This document shows positions 9,249 through 18,496 of a stretch of 64,000 nt of DNA, piece after piece; the first letter of the stretch is position 1; each line of letters starts with the position of its first letter. The notes beneath the pieces were generated by a model that saw nothing but the letters and a program-made list of their open reading frames with translations, had not been told where the DNA came from and did no database searches. The DNA comes from an uncultured Acidobacteriota bacterium. GTDB lineage: Bacteria > Acidobacteriota > UBA6911. The position numbers were made by a program, and so were the translations under genes. The stretch covers positions 65,071-129,070 of the forward strand of contig CAVZBT010000018.1 of NCBI GenBank assembly GCA_963773605.1, written 5' to 3'.

Positions 9249-9749
9249 TCCCGCAGACGATCCGAATCATCGAACTACACGCCAAGGAAGGAGAGGAGCA
9301 GCGCCAGCGGCGGGAAAAACGCGGTCACAACGCGCCTTTTGACTCTGCTGGCGCTTTATCAGCAGGGCTACGATGTCGGCCGCTATGTGAGCCTGCAACG
9401 TTTGGTCGAGCAGACAAAAGAGAGCTACTACGAGACTCTCAAAATCAGTTCCGGCGGCTGGCATGAGGGAAAGCACGATGTCCTGCCATGGTTCAATTAC
9501 TTCCTTTCCACGCTGCGCCTCGCCTATCGGGAATTTGAAGATCGAGCGGGCCGACAGAGGCCTGCCCGCGGATCCAAAGCCGAGCTTATAGCTTACGCCC
9601 TCGAAAATCTGCAGAGCCCCTTCGGAATCGCGGACGTTGAGCGGTTATGTCCGAACGTGAGCCGGGACATGATCCGCGTGAATAAATCACAAGGCCCTGT
9701 TCAGCGGCGCGCTTCGGATACGTACCCGGCGGGAGGCCGACACGCTTGA
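9249..9749 (+). pseudogene. Fic/DOC-family remnant (C-terminal winged-helix part only; Fic motif degraded)
   Basis: 'LLTLLALYQQGYDVGRYVSLQRLVEQTKESYYETLKISSGGWHEGKHDVLPWFNYFLSTLRLAYREFEDR' matches the region downstream of the Fic core. No HPFxxGNGR motif is present upstream (the frame opens at a stop at 9246). The 3' end runs into the convergent GH18 gene. Confidence 0.55.
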
Positions 9750-10804
9750 ATGGGCTTGGCCAGGTCGCCGAGCCCGTCACCGTCTTCATCTCTGAAAAAC
9801 GTCCTGACGTCGCAATCTCCGGCGTGCAGTGTCTGGTCCAGCGCCCTGAGCAGGGACAAATCACCGCGCGCGTCGCACGCGATCTCCCATATCATCACGC
9901 CGCCGAGTTTTTCTCTGGCCAGACGCGTCTTCTTCACGATCGTGGGTATGCCGTTGTAGAACCTCATGCCCGCCGAGTCCTCGTACGCCAGCTTCGGGTC
10001 CGCTCCTATGATCTCGCTGAAATCGATGTAACGGGCGGGCGGCGTGAAATCGAATCCGTAGAACGGCACACCGAGAACGATACGTTCGGCCGGGATCTTC
10101 AGCGTCGCGGTCCAGAATACGATCGCTTCCTCGGCGTAGCTGTACGGGGAATGCGGGCCGATTTCATCCGGCTTCCATATGCCCGTCTTGTCGTAGACCA
10201 TCACATTGATGAAGTCGTAAGCCTCGAGGGCTGCGTGGCTGATCGCCGGATGCAGTTGTGTTGCTCCGAGCGCAGACGTTATTCCCTTCCCCTTCGCATG
10301 CAGGGCATTCCCGAGTTCGACGACAAAAGGGTTGTACAGTTCGCCGATCGTCGGCAGAAGATTCCATTCAATATCGACATCCACACCGTCCAGGCTGTTC
10401 TGTTCGGCGTAATCCAGGACGTGTTTCACGAATGCCGGCCTGTTTTCCGGCAGCAAAACGGATTTCCAGATCGCGGTGTCCGGGCGGCCGCCTCCTGCGA
10501 GCGATATGAATACCTTCAATCCGGCCTCGTGAGCCTTCTTTACGACGGGGGCAATATCGAAGCGTCGATCGAAAACCAGATTGCCTTCCTTGTCCGGGTT
10601 GGCGAACGCGAGGTTCAGATGGGTGAGCCTGTTGAGTTCCAACTCGTCGATACGCTGGAAACTCCTACCCGACAGGTAGCCAACTACTTTGAACGGGGTG
10701 GCTTTTGTTTGTGCGTCCGGTCCATGGGGGACGCTGTATGAGCGGCATGAGGCAGTGAAAATCGTCACGCAAAGAACAGTCAGGCAAACGCAGGTTGATT
10801 TCAT
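9701..10804 (-). CDS. Glycoside hydrolase family 18 (chitinase-like) lipoprotein
   Basis: The start at 10804 gives 'MKSTCVCLTVLCVTIFTASC' (signal peptide plus lipobox Cys). The GH18 catalytic motif 'LDGVDVDIEW' (DxxDxDxE) is present. The C-terminus has a Cys/Asp-rich tail 'GDCDVRTFFRDEDGDGLGD'. Confidence 0.85.
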   Translation of the reverse strand: MKSTCVCLTVLCVTIFTASCRSYSVPHGPDAQTKATPFKVVGYLSGRSFQRIDELELNRLTHLNLAFANPDKEGNLVFDRRFDIAPVVKKAHEAGLKVFISLAGGGRPDTAIWKSVLLPENRPAFVKHVLDYAEQNSLDGVDVDIEWNLLPTIGELYNPFVVELGNALHAKGKGITSALGATQLHPAISHAALEAYDFINVMVYDKTGIWKPDEIGPHSPYSYAEEAIVFWTATLKIPAERIVLGVPFYGFDFTPPARYIDFSEIIGADPKLAYEDSAGMRFYNGIPTIVKKTRLAREKLGGVMIWEIACDARGDLSLLRALDQTLHAGDCDVRTFFRDEDGDGLGDLAKPIQACRPPAGYVSEARR

Positions 10805-10989
10805 GGTGATCCGTCGTTCGTGAAAAGAGATCTTCAAAATAACACGGGTTTCACGGGTTCCCGCTCGTTAAATTCGTGGCGTGGTCCGCCAGTGTCGCGG
10901 GCCTTGCCGGATTAGGCGGAGAAAGCGGAGTTACAGCTGTGACACCAATGGCCGGCTGAGTCGCGGAAATGATCCTGCAGGTGGTTCCC

Positions 10990-11345
10990 AGGCTCTGTCC
11001 CAACGTCGCCCACCCGACGGGGCGGCGCACTCCTTTGGTGGACAAGGATCTCAGCCAGTGCGTCTCCGGGGACTCGGATCGTTCAGCTCGACCGGCGAAC
11101 CAACGTCGTCCGGGATGAGGCGGGCGTGGTCGCGAAGTTCGGCGTCAGGCCCCGGTCGATTCCGGACGCCGTCGTCTGTCCGAAATCCCCGGCTGCTCGC
11201 CTCGACGTTGTTTGATGCATCGAACGAAGCGCTGCTGTTTCGGACTCTCGCCACATTGGGGACCGATGTCCCGGTGTTCGACACAGTCGAAGAACTCCGC
11301 TGGCGGGGAGAGCGGCCGGAATTCGAATCGACGTATGGCCGGGTT
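10990..11345 (+). pseudogene. Degraded 5'-3' exonuclease (FEN/Pol I N-terminal family) remnant
   Basis: Pieces lie in three different frames: 'LVDKDLSQCVSGD', 'EAGVVAKFGVRP.SIPD' and 'ALLFRTLATLGTDVPVFDTVEELRWRGERPEF'. The N-terminal half and the H3TH region are absent. Confidence 0.5.
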
Positions 11346-11463
11346 ATGCCGGGTTATTCGCTCCGGGTGAGCATCGCCGGCTCGGAGCCCGAAGTAAACC
11401 TCGGCTGCGGGCTGCCAAGGCCCAGGCCATGCGCCTGAAGCTGAACGGTGTTGAGGACGCGGC

Positions 11464-11916
11464 CTACCCTCTCCTCCGAACGGCCTGGATGGTCTCGTCG
11501 AGACGCTGAAGGAAACGGGATCGGTCGCGGTTCCCGAACGGAGCGGGCCCACCGGTTATTGTTCCGAGTTCCCGAACATGGGCCAGCAACGCCCGGCTTG
11601 CCACGGCCTCGCCGATGGAATCCTGGGTGAACGCATCACCTCGGTGACCGAGCGCGAGGGCCTCTTTTTCGAGACAGCGCGCAGCCAGAAGGATGTCGGC
11701 CGAGATGACGATGTCGTTCTCCGCCACGTGCTCGACGATCCAGTCGTCCACGGCGTCGAACTGCCCTTCGACGATCACGAGGTCGACCCAGTCGCCGTGT
11801 GGGATACGAAGCCGCGAGTTGGCAACAACAATCACGCGCAGGCCGTATCGCTTGGCGACGCGGAAGGTCTCCTGCTTTACGGGACAGCCATCGGCATCGA
11901 TGAATATGTCGAGCAC
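11464..11916 (-). CDS. yaiI: YaiI/YqxD family protein (UPF0178, DUF188)
   Basis: 'MLDIFIDADGCPVK...VIVVANSRLRIP...DAVDDWIVEHVAENDIVISADILLAARCLEKEALALGHRG' is collinear with E. coli YaiI. Confidence 0.85.
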   Translation of the reverse strand: MLDIFIDADGCPVKQETFRVAKRYGLRVIVVANSRLRIPHGDWVDLVIVEGQFDAVDDWIVEHVAENDIVISADILLAARCLEKEALALGHRGDAFTQDSIGEAVASRALLAHVRELGTITGGPAPFGNRDRSRFLQRLDETIQAVRRRG

Positions 11917-12297
11917 GTCGAACCTCGCTCGTGAGCCCGGCTGGATCCGGGTCTTGCGATCCAGACTGCGTTGCTCGTCTGCACCCGAGGGCGGAGCGCC
12001 GCCCTTCCCTCAGCGAGGGAGGCATGTTATACCGCAACCCCGATGAAACTGTACTACATGAACCGGCAGCTCTTGACACCGCAATAGACGTCCGATACCT
12101 TTCTCCAAGTCTTTCTCGGGTTAGATTACAGGAAACAGACAAATATCCTCACGGCCCGCTAACGACCCGACGGTAGGGCGGTGCGCCACACGCATGACGA
12201 CTTCAGCGTCCGCACGGATGAATCCGTGATCAAAGGCGGATGACGGACGGGTAGCACGCTGTGAATCAAGCGATTTCCATTTATAAGGAGGTAGACC

Positions 12298-13326
12298 TTG
12301 GCATCCCGGCCCCAGGCACCGGCAGAGCCTTCGCCCGCGCTTGTATTCGACACCCTGACGGCTCACCAGCGCACGGCAGCGTTGCGTGCGGCAATTGAAT
12401 TGGATCTGTTCGGCGCACTGGGCGAAGGTCCAGGGAGCGTCGTTGCACTCGCGCGTCGCTGCTCGGCTTCCGAGCGCGGCATACGCATTCTTTGCGACTA
12501 CCTGACGGTGATCGGCCTCATCTCGAAACAGGATGGCCGCTACAGCCACACCACCACGAGCGCGATGTTCCTCGATCCGCGCTCCCCAGCCTGCATCGCA
12601 TCCACGGCGCGATTCATGGGTAACCCGGCCATGATCGAGCCCTACCTGCACCTCGCGCACATCGTTCGTAACGGACGTACGGTACTTCCCGGCGAGGGAA
12701 CGGTGGAACCGGAAAACCCCGTGTGGGTCGAGTTCGCCCACAGCATGGCGCCAATGATGGCGCCCATGGCCGGACCGCTCGGCTCCATCGTGCTCGGGGG
12801 ACGCTCCGGCCCGATGGCCGTGCTCGACATCGCTGCGGGTCACGGCTTATTCGGCATCGAAGTCGCTCGACAGAACCCAGAGGCGCGCATCGTGGCGGTC
12901 GACTGGGCGGCGGTACTCGAAGTGGCGCAAGCGAACGCGCACAAGGCGGGCGTTGGCGGCCGCTATGACATTCTGCCGGGTAGCGCTTTCGAAGTCGAAT
13001 ACGGAGGCCCTTACGACATCGTCCTGCTTACGAACTTCCTCCACCACTTCGATGCACCCACCTGCGTCAGCCTTCTCCAGAAGGTGCACGCCTCGCTCAA
13101 AACGGGAGGCCGCGTCGCCGCTCTCGAATTTGTGCCCCACGAGGACCGCGTCTCCCCGCCCATGGCCGCATCCTTCAGTCTGACGATGCTCGCGAGCACC
13201 GCATCGGGTGATGCCTACACATTCAGTGAACTGGAAAGGATGTTCCGCGAGGCCGACTTCGGAGACATAACGGCCCACCCAGTCCCTACAGGCCCTCACA
13301 CCGTCGTTCTGGGCCACGCTCTCTGA
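12298..13326 (+). CDS. Class I SAM-dependent O-methyltransferase (Methyltransf_2 type with N-terminal dimerisation/wHTH domain)
   Basis: TTG start follows AGGAGG. The SAM motif 'VLDIAAGHGLFGIEVA' and 'IVLLTNFLHHFD' are present. Confidence 0.8.
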   Translation: MASRPQAPAEPSPALVFDTLTAHQRTAALRAAIELDLFGALGEGPGSVVALARRCSASERGIRILCDYLTVIGLISKQDGRYSHTTTSAMFLDPRSPACIASTARFMGNPAMIEPYLHLAHIVRNGRTVLPGEGTVEPENPVWVEFAHSMAPMMAPMAGPLGSIVLGGRSGPMAVLDIAAGHGLFGIEVARQNPEARIVAVDWAAVLEVAQANAHKAGVGGRYDILPGSAFEVEYGGPYDIVLLTNFLHHFDAPTCVSLLQKVHASLKTGGRVAALEFVPHEDRVSPPMAASFSLTMLASTASGDAYTFSELERMFREADFGDITAHPVPTGPHTVVLGHAL

Positions 13327-13387
13327 GAGGAGTGCTGTGTTCGCTCCGTCGTACCACCCGCAAATCAGCCGTAAACCCGAGGAGAAA

Positions 13388-13765
13388 ATGGCCATGTGTC
13401 GCGGTTCCGCTGCATTGCTCGTCCTGGCGCTTGTGTTGACCGGTGCGGTTATAGCCGGGGCAGTGTCCCAAAACGCCGAGTTTCCTGTCGGCTCCTACCA
13501 GAGCGACCCTTTCACGATCACCTTTCAGGAAGGCGGAGCCTTTCGGGTGCTGCATTCGAGCGGTGCCGGAGTAAACGGAACGTACAAAATATCGGGTGAC
13601 CGGATCGAACTTACCGACAAGGACGGAGAATTCGCGTGCCAGGGGCCGGTCGGCACGTACACGTGGAAGGCCGACGATAACAAGCTGATCTTCACCGTCG
13701 TCGAGGATGAGTGCGACGGGCGCAGGCAGGCTTTGACGTCACGCGCGCTCGTAAGAAAGAGCTGA
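13388..13765 (+). CDS. Small secreted hypothetical protein
   Basis: ATG at 13388 follows GAGGAG. The signal peptide is 'MAMCRGSAALLVLALVLTGAVIAGA'. No family was recognised. Confidence 0.55.
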   Translation: MAMCRGSAALLVLALVLTGAVIAGAVSQNAEFPVGSYQSDPFTITFQEGGAFRVLHSSGAGVNGTYKISGDRIELTDKDGEFACQGPVGTYTWKADDNKLIFTVVEDECDGRRQALTSRALVRKS

Positions 13766-14195
13766 CAGTCGGTCACGATATTGGGCCCGCTGTGCAGCGG
13801 GAGCGGCACAGCGGGCATGACGTCGGGGCGCTCCGTTGGGCCCGAAGTCGGGTTGGGGCGACTGGCGTACCCGCCCGCTGCCATGACGAGACGTGGGCCG
13901 CCGAGCGTTCTGCTGCCCCGTTTTCAACGCGCGGGGAGCGGAGGGTCACGCATCCCGCGCAACGCAGCGCTTCTACTTCCTCTCGAGTGGATATGGTCTG
14001 ACTTGAACTCTATGCGCCAGGGACCTGCCGCGGAACAGAATTGAGCGGCAACCCTGGGCCTATCGGCAGCTGCGAGAGGGGGTGCGAGCTTACTGGTCGG
14101 CGAGCCGCGAGTTGGCGCCCAGCAAGAGTTGCCTGAAAAGCGTCTTGCCTTTTCAATGGGGTTCAGTGCAAAGGCAGAACGCCGATGTCCCGAAT

Positions 14196-15284
14196 TTAAG
14201 GTCTCTTCAGCGACGGCACCATATTGGCCTTCTCGGCGTCTTCTGCGAGCATCGGCCAATTCCAGAAAATAACCCCGGCCGAAGGTGGTTTGCGAACTTC
14301 TTCGAGGTATCGTGCAAATTCTTTAGGGGTCAGCTTCTCCGTTAGGTATGCCTCCTTAACCTGGACGCTGGGGATGACCGGCTTGTTCACTCTTCGCGCG
14401 ATATCCCGCACAACGGAACCGATCCAGGACCCATCCTGCTTGACCATGTGTGCGTAGCACATGGGAGAGAGATAATCGACAAGCGGAGCGATGGCCTCTA
14501 CATCCTGGCCGGCAATGGACCGGGCTCCCTGGTTGAAATCATTCTCCCTCCAAGGCACCAGGTGGACATTCAGCAGGATACCGGGCTTGAGTCTGCGTGC
14601 TTCCGCTGCGATGGCGGCGACCATGGAAGTAATGGTCCTGCATTTCCACGAAACCCAGGCTTGCTTGTGCTCGCGGAGGATCCATTCTGCTTTCCGGCTG
14701 ACCGTGTCCAGTTCCGGCGGAATCACCAGACCGGCGTCTGACTGGAACTTTTGCAGGCAGACGGAACAGAAGCAGGCGTAATCGAGAGGGTCCAGCCGAG
14801 CGTCGGGATAGACTTTCTCCCAGAACACGAAGTAGCGGATGAAATCGATGCTCAATCCGTCGGGCTGACAAGTTCTGATCAGTCGTCGGACGTATTCAAG
14901 CCTTTCGGACCGGTAGACCTCGCGATTGGGACAGACGAACTTGACCCAGTCGTCCTCGGCCCGCTTTCCGCGCCCGGTGATGGCGTGCTCTTCAGGATTA
15001 GCGGCCAGTCTCTCCGGATTCTGGAAGACCGGCAAAATGATAAAGGTCGCGATCCCATTTTTCCTGGCAAGGGCCATCAATTCCGGTTTCGCCGCAAGGT
15101 CGGCGCTGAGGAATGCCGTGTTGATTCCGATCCTCCTCCAGTCCGCGACCAGGGACGAAAAATCGCCCTTATATTCGTAGATCTTCGCGCCCACCATGAA
15201 CTTTCCGCTCTCGGCGGCTCGCTGAAAATCGACAAGGGAAAAACAAACCAGGAGAACGAGGCAAAGCCTGCGAATCACTCTCAT
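14196..15284 (-). CDS. Secreted TIM-barrel glycoside-hydrolase-like protein (GHL10/DUF4015-like; family uncertain)
   Basis: Signal peptide 'MRVIRRLCLVLLVCFSLV', 'GLSIDFIRY' and the Cys cluster 'YACFCSVCLQKF' are present. The 362-aa ORF is uninterrupted. Confidence 0.6.
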   Translation of the reverse strand: MRVIRRLCLVLLVCFSLVDFQRAAESGKFMVGAKIYEYKGDFSSLVADWRRIGINTAFLSADLAAKPELMALARKNGIATFIILPVFQNPERLAANPEEHAITGRGKRAEDDWVKFVCPNREVYRSERLEYVRRLIRTCQPDGLSIDFIRYFVFWEKVYPDARLDPLDYACFCSVCLQKFQSDAGLVIPPELDTVSRKAEWILREHKQAWVSWKCRTITSMVAAIAAEARRLKPGILLNVHLVPWRENDFNQGARSIAGQDVEAIAPLVDYLSPMCYAHMVKQDGSWIGSVVRDIARRVNKPVIPSVQVKEAYLTEKLTPKEFARYLEEVRKPPSAGVIFWNWPMLAEDAEKANMVPSLKRP

Positions 15285-15740
15285 GATGCGACTCCGCGTA
15301 GGTCGTCAAACAGTCGTTTTGCGTAGATTAGTCGGTCGGCAGGACGTCTCTCAACGAAAAATCCACCGTTACCGCACTCCTGTCGTGTGCCGGCGGCCAA
15401 TTTCTGTCCAAGAGTTCCCGGGATCGGGCTTTCGAGTGATCCCCACTACTTTTGTCGGCTGCGGAGCGGCGGCAGCCAGAGAGGTTGGTGGCTCAGAAGC
15501 GCGCCACCCAAGGACCGCCCCCAATAGCGTTGGCCAAACCCACACTTTGCGTGACGCACGCCTGTGGCAGCCGCCTTTGCCGTTGCCCCCGAAGGGGGCG
15601 GAACAGGAGAGTCCTGGTTCGCTTGAACCGAGAGCGAAGCAGGATTGCACGAAATAGCTTCTTCCACCCGTTTCCACCCGCTGTCCTTCTCGAGTTCCTC
15701 ACGGTGCTCCCAGATTATGTCGCATTTACACCGGAGTCCG

Positions 15741-17105
15741 TCAAATCCAAGGGGATACCAGGAGCACCCAAAGCGCCCACAGCGTTGCCAGTGGCAGGAA
15801 GCGGGCAAAGGAGGTTTGGAAGCGCTCCCTCCAATCGTCGGTGGAGGCGCGGAACTGGCTGATCGTGATTGATGACAGGATGCAGAGGGTTACCACATTC
15901 CAGCCGATGGTCGCGTGGCGGTTGGGGGAGAGCCCGTAGCGCAGCGTGCGGACAACCACAGCTGACAGCGAGTAGAGGTTCAGAATCATTGCCAGAGCGC
16001 AGACAGCCCGGATCCCTCGCCGGAGCGACTTTGACCAGAAGGCAGAGATCTCCTCGTTCAGATACGGCACCGACAGGACGACCAGAAGGAGAACCGCGGC
16101 CAGGCTCGCGTTGTAAATGATAAGCACCGCCCGCTCCTCGAACGGCCGCCAGAAATAGCGGGGAATAAACCAGAGGACATAGACCGCCAGGACTCCTAAT
16201 ACCGGTGTGAGGAGCAGGCGGGTCAACAGGCGCATCAACCGGGCCGTGCCAGTGGAATAGTCCTGCCCGGCCGGCGATCGACCCGGATCGATGGTGCTGG
16301 CAATCCCCAGAACCGGGATCATTCCGAGCGCCAAGGCCGCGCATCTGCTGATCCAGCTTTCGGGGAAATGCACACCGAGGACCTCGAATATTCCCACGGT
16401 TAGCGCTCCGAATATTCCTGCGCCCGCCACGTATATGCCGGACGCTACCAGGGCCTCTGCGGATTTGAGGATGAAGGCAATGCGCTGGGCCGGGCGCTCC
16501 TGAAATCGAGCGGTGGAGGCTACCCCGACAGCCATCCAGGCCAGGATGGGAAGGTGCAGCGCTGCCAGGATCGACGCCGAATCCTTCCTGCCCCCAACCA
16601 GCCACCAGGATACGAACAACAACGCGATAATCACAGAACAGGAAGCGCCTATTGCCCGGCGCCGCTCGGGATCTCGGGATGCGGCGCCAATAAAGGCCAG
16701 GATCACTACTGCGGTCGCAGGTGCCCATCCCAGCCAGAACAGCGGGGAAGCAACCTCAGGCGAGGGCACAGGCGGCCTGGCTCCTGAGAATACGAGCCAT
16801 ATCACGCCCAGGATGACGCTCAGCGAAATCGCAAGACCCCATACCTGGGCTGGACCACGTTGAGCTGTTTCAGCCTCCGCCACGGCTTGCTCTAGCGGCA
16901 GGATGTCGAGGCGACAACCCCAGGCGTCAAGCAGTGCGCTCTTTTCGCTCAAAGGAAGTGCTCGTGCAATGGCTTGACGAAAAGCATCCGCTTGCCCCGC
17001 CTCCCTGGCCCGGCGATAGAGGCGTTCTAAAGCCAGGGCTCCCTGCCGGAAAGGAGCCACGGTTGCGGCCCGGAGTTGTGCATCAAAGTCGGTGGGTGAT
17101 GGCAT
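15741..17105 (-). CDS. Polytopic inner-membrane protein (DUF4153-like; family uncertain)
   Basis: An uninterrupted 454-aa ORF with a soluble N-terminus of about 85 aa, followed by at least 9 hydrophobic helices. Confidence 0.6.
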   Translation of the reverse strand: MPSPTDFDAQLRAATVAPFRQGALALERLYRRAREAGQADAFRQAIARALPLSEKSALLDAWGCRLDILPLEQAVAEAETAQRGPAQVWGLAISLSVILGVIWLVFSGARPPVPSPEVASPLFWLGWAPATAVVILAFIGAASRDPERRRAIGASCSVIIALLFVSWWLVGGRKDSASILAALHLPILAWMAVGVASTARFQERPAQRIAFILKSAEALVASGIYVAGAGIFGALTVGIFEVLGVHFPESWISRCAALALGMIPVLGIASTIDPGRSPAGQDYSTGTARLMRLLTRLLLTPVLGVLAVYVLWFIPRYFWRPFEERAVLIIYNASLAAVLLLVVLSVPYLNEEISAFWSKSLRRGIRAVCALAMILNLYSLSAVVVRTLRYGLSPNRHATIGWNVVTLCILSSITISQFRASTDDWRERFQTSFARFLPLATLWALWVLLVSPWI

Positions 17106-17194
17106 TGGGGCCCCTTGGGTTGTCTGTCAGCGGCGAAACCCATCGTCTCACACAAGCATTATCGTGTCAAGTACTTTACATAACAAAGCAGAGC

Positions 17195-17560
17195 CTATGC
17201 GCTCTTATTAGCTGCCGTACGTGATCGCGATCCATCTCGTTCCGGGCAATGACAGTGCCGCGCGCGCTCCGTTCGGGCTGCAAAGAAGGTTATGAGTTTC
17301 ATCAAGGAGTGCTGCGAAGAACCTCCTCTATGGTCAGCGGTACCTAGAACAGCGATCACCTCGCCCAGGCGGAATACAACTTGAAGTCCACTGCAAGACA
17401 ACCCGGTGGAGGTGTCAGGGTGATAGGGTCTGATAGTTGCCCCCGCCCAGGCCTGACCACCTGCAAGACTTCCAGACAAAGCCAGCGATTTGACGCCGAA
17501 CTCTCGCGCCAGCTTCTCGCGATGCGACCTCACGATCTGGTGCAACTGGTCGCGATCCAT
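17195..17560 (-). pseudogene. Degenerate MNT/MntA-type nucleotidyltransferase (antitoxin-like) remnant with a second partial N-terminal copy
   Basis: 'MDRDQLHQIVRSHREKLAREFGVKSLAL.GS' is the NTase N-terminus, but the GSx10-15DxD catalytic motif is lost. A second 'MDRDHVRQLIRAHR' fragment lies near 17255-17215. Confidence 0.4.
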
Positions 17561-17662
17561 GCCGTTTCCGGGTAGCGATTATTGTAGGATAGAACCTCTT
17601 CCTCACATTCGCGACAGCAATTTGGGGAGCGGCGGCCTGCCGCCGCTTTAGAGGGACAACGA

Positions 17663-17900
17663 ATGACCTGCCCGCTGCATTTCGGAATTTACGAAGCCCT
17701 GCTCGACCGCGACCTGAAGGACACGGAAGACTACCGTGTCGGGACTCGTAGAGGATCTCCTTCGTTCCGTACCTATTTCCGGCGAGAAGAGGAGTTCCTT
17801 CGTGGAGCGCTGGACCGGAAAGTTCAGCATCGCCGATTCCCCACACGATGATCAACGCGTGGCGTATCTCAAAGCCAGGTATAGGTTAGACGACAAGTGA
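17663..17900 (+). CDS. VapB-type antitoxin candidate (DUF6364-like), interrupted by one frameshift near 17734
   Basis: One frame reads 'MTCPLHFGIYEALLDRDLKDTEDY'. The continuation 'VSGLVEDLLRSV...FVERWTGKFSIADSPHDDQRVAYLKARYRLDDK' is in the next frame. Its TGA overlaps the GTG start of the PIN gene (GTGA at 17897-17900). Removing one C near 17734 restores a 78-aa protein. Confidence 0.45.
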
Positions 17901-18292
17901 GAGCTCTGCTGGACACCGATCTTCTGCTCGACGTGGCCCTCCACCGCGCGGAGTTTTTCGAAAGCAGCGCGGCGGTGCTGCATTGGGCGGAATCCGAACC
18001 CGGCCGAACGGCCGTTGCATGGCACTCGATCGCCAATCTGAGCTACCTGTTACGCCCGGACGCCCGCCCGTTCATCCGCGAACTACTGGAGTTCGTGGAG
18101 GTCCCCCCGACAGGGACTGACGCCGCCGTGCAAGCCCTGGAATTCCCCATGCATGACCTCGAAGATGCTTTGCAGGCTGCCGCGGCTCTGGCTTTCGGCG
18201 CCTCTTTCATCGTCACCCGCAACACCGCTTATTATCGGAGATCCCCGGTACCTGCCCTCTCGCCAGTCGACTTCCTGAAACGAATCGAGTGA
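17897..18292 (+). CDS. vapC: PIN-domain toxin (VapC family)
   Basis: 'MRALLDTDLLLDVAL...' carries the N-terminal acidic PIN motif. 'DLEDALQAAAALAFGASFIVTRN' is the C-terminal PIN motif. Confidence 0.75.
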   Translation: MRALLDTDLLLDVALHRAEFFESSAAVLHWAESEPGRTAVAWHSIANLSYLLRPDARPFIRELLEFVEVPPTGTDAAVQALEFPMHDLEDALQAAAALAFGASFIVTRNTAYYRRSPVPALSPVDFLKRIE

Positions 18293-18496
18293 GTGTGGAA
18301 ATCACCTCGATGACCACTGCGTCCGCGACCGCCGCTTCAAACGGGCAGCGCCTGGAATGCGCGGGACGTGCTCGCTGGGGCGCCCGCACAAAAGTGCAGG
18401 AGCGCCGGTCAGAACCGAGCGGCAACTGTCGAACCCATGTGAGGCAGCCCGAGCCCCCCGTTCCCGGACGGAGCGGGGGACAGAGACAATGATGCT

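Noticed and set aside
15715-16728. 337-aa alternative-frame ORF inside the DUF4153-like membrane protein gene
   Set aside because: It lies on the same strand in a different frame and is Arg/Pro/Gly-rich. The 454-aa frame gives coherent TM helices.
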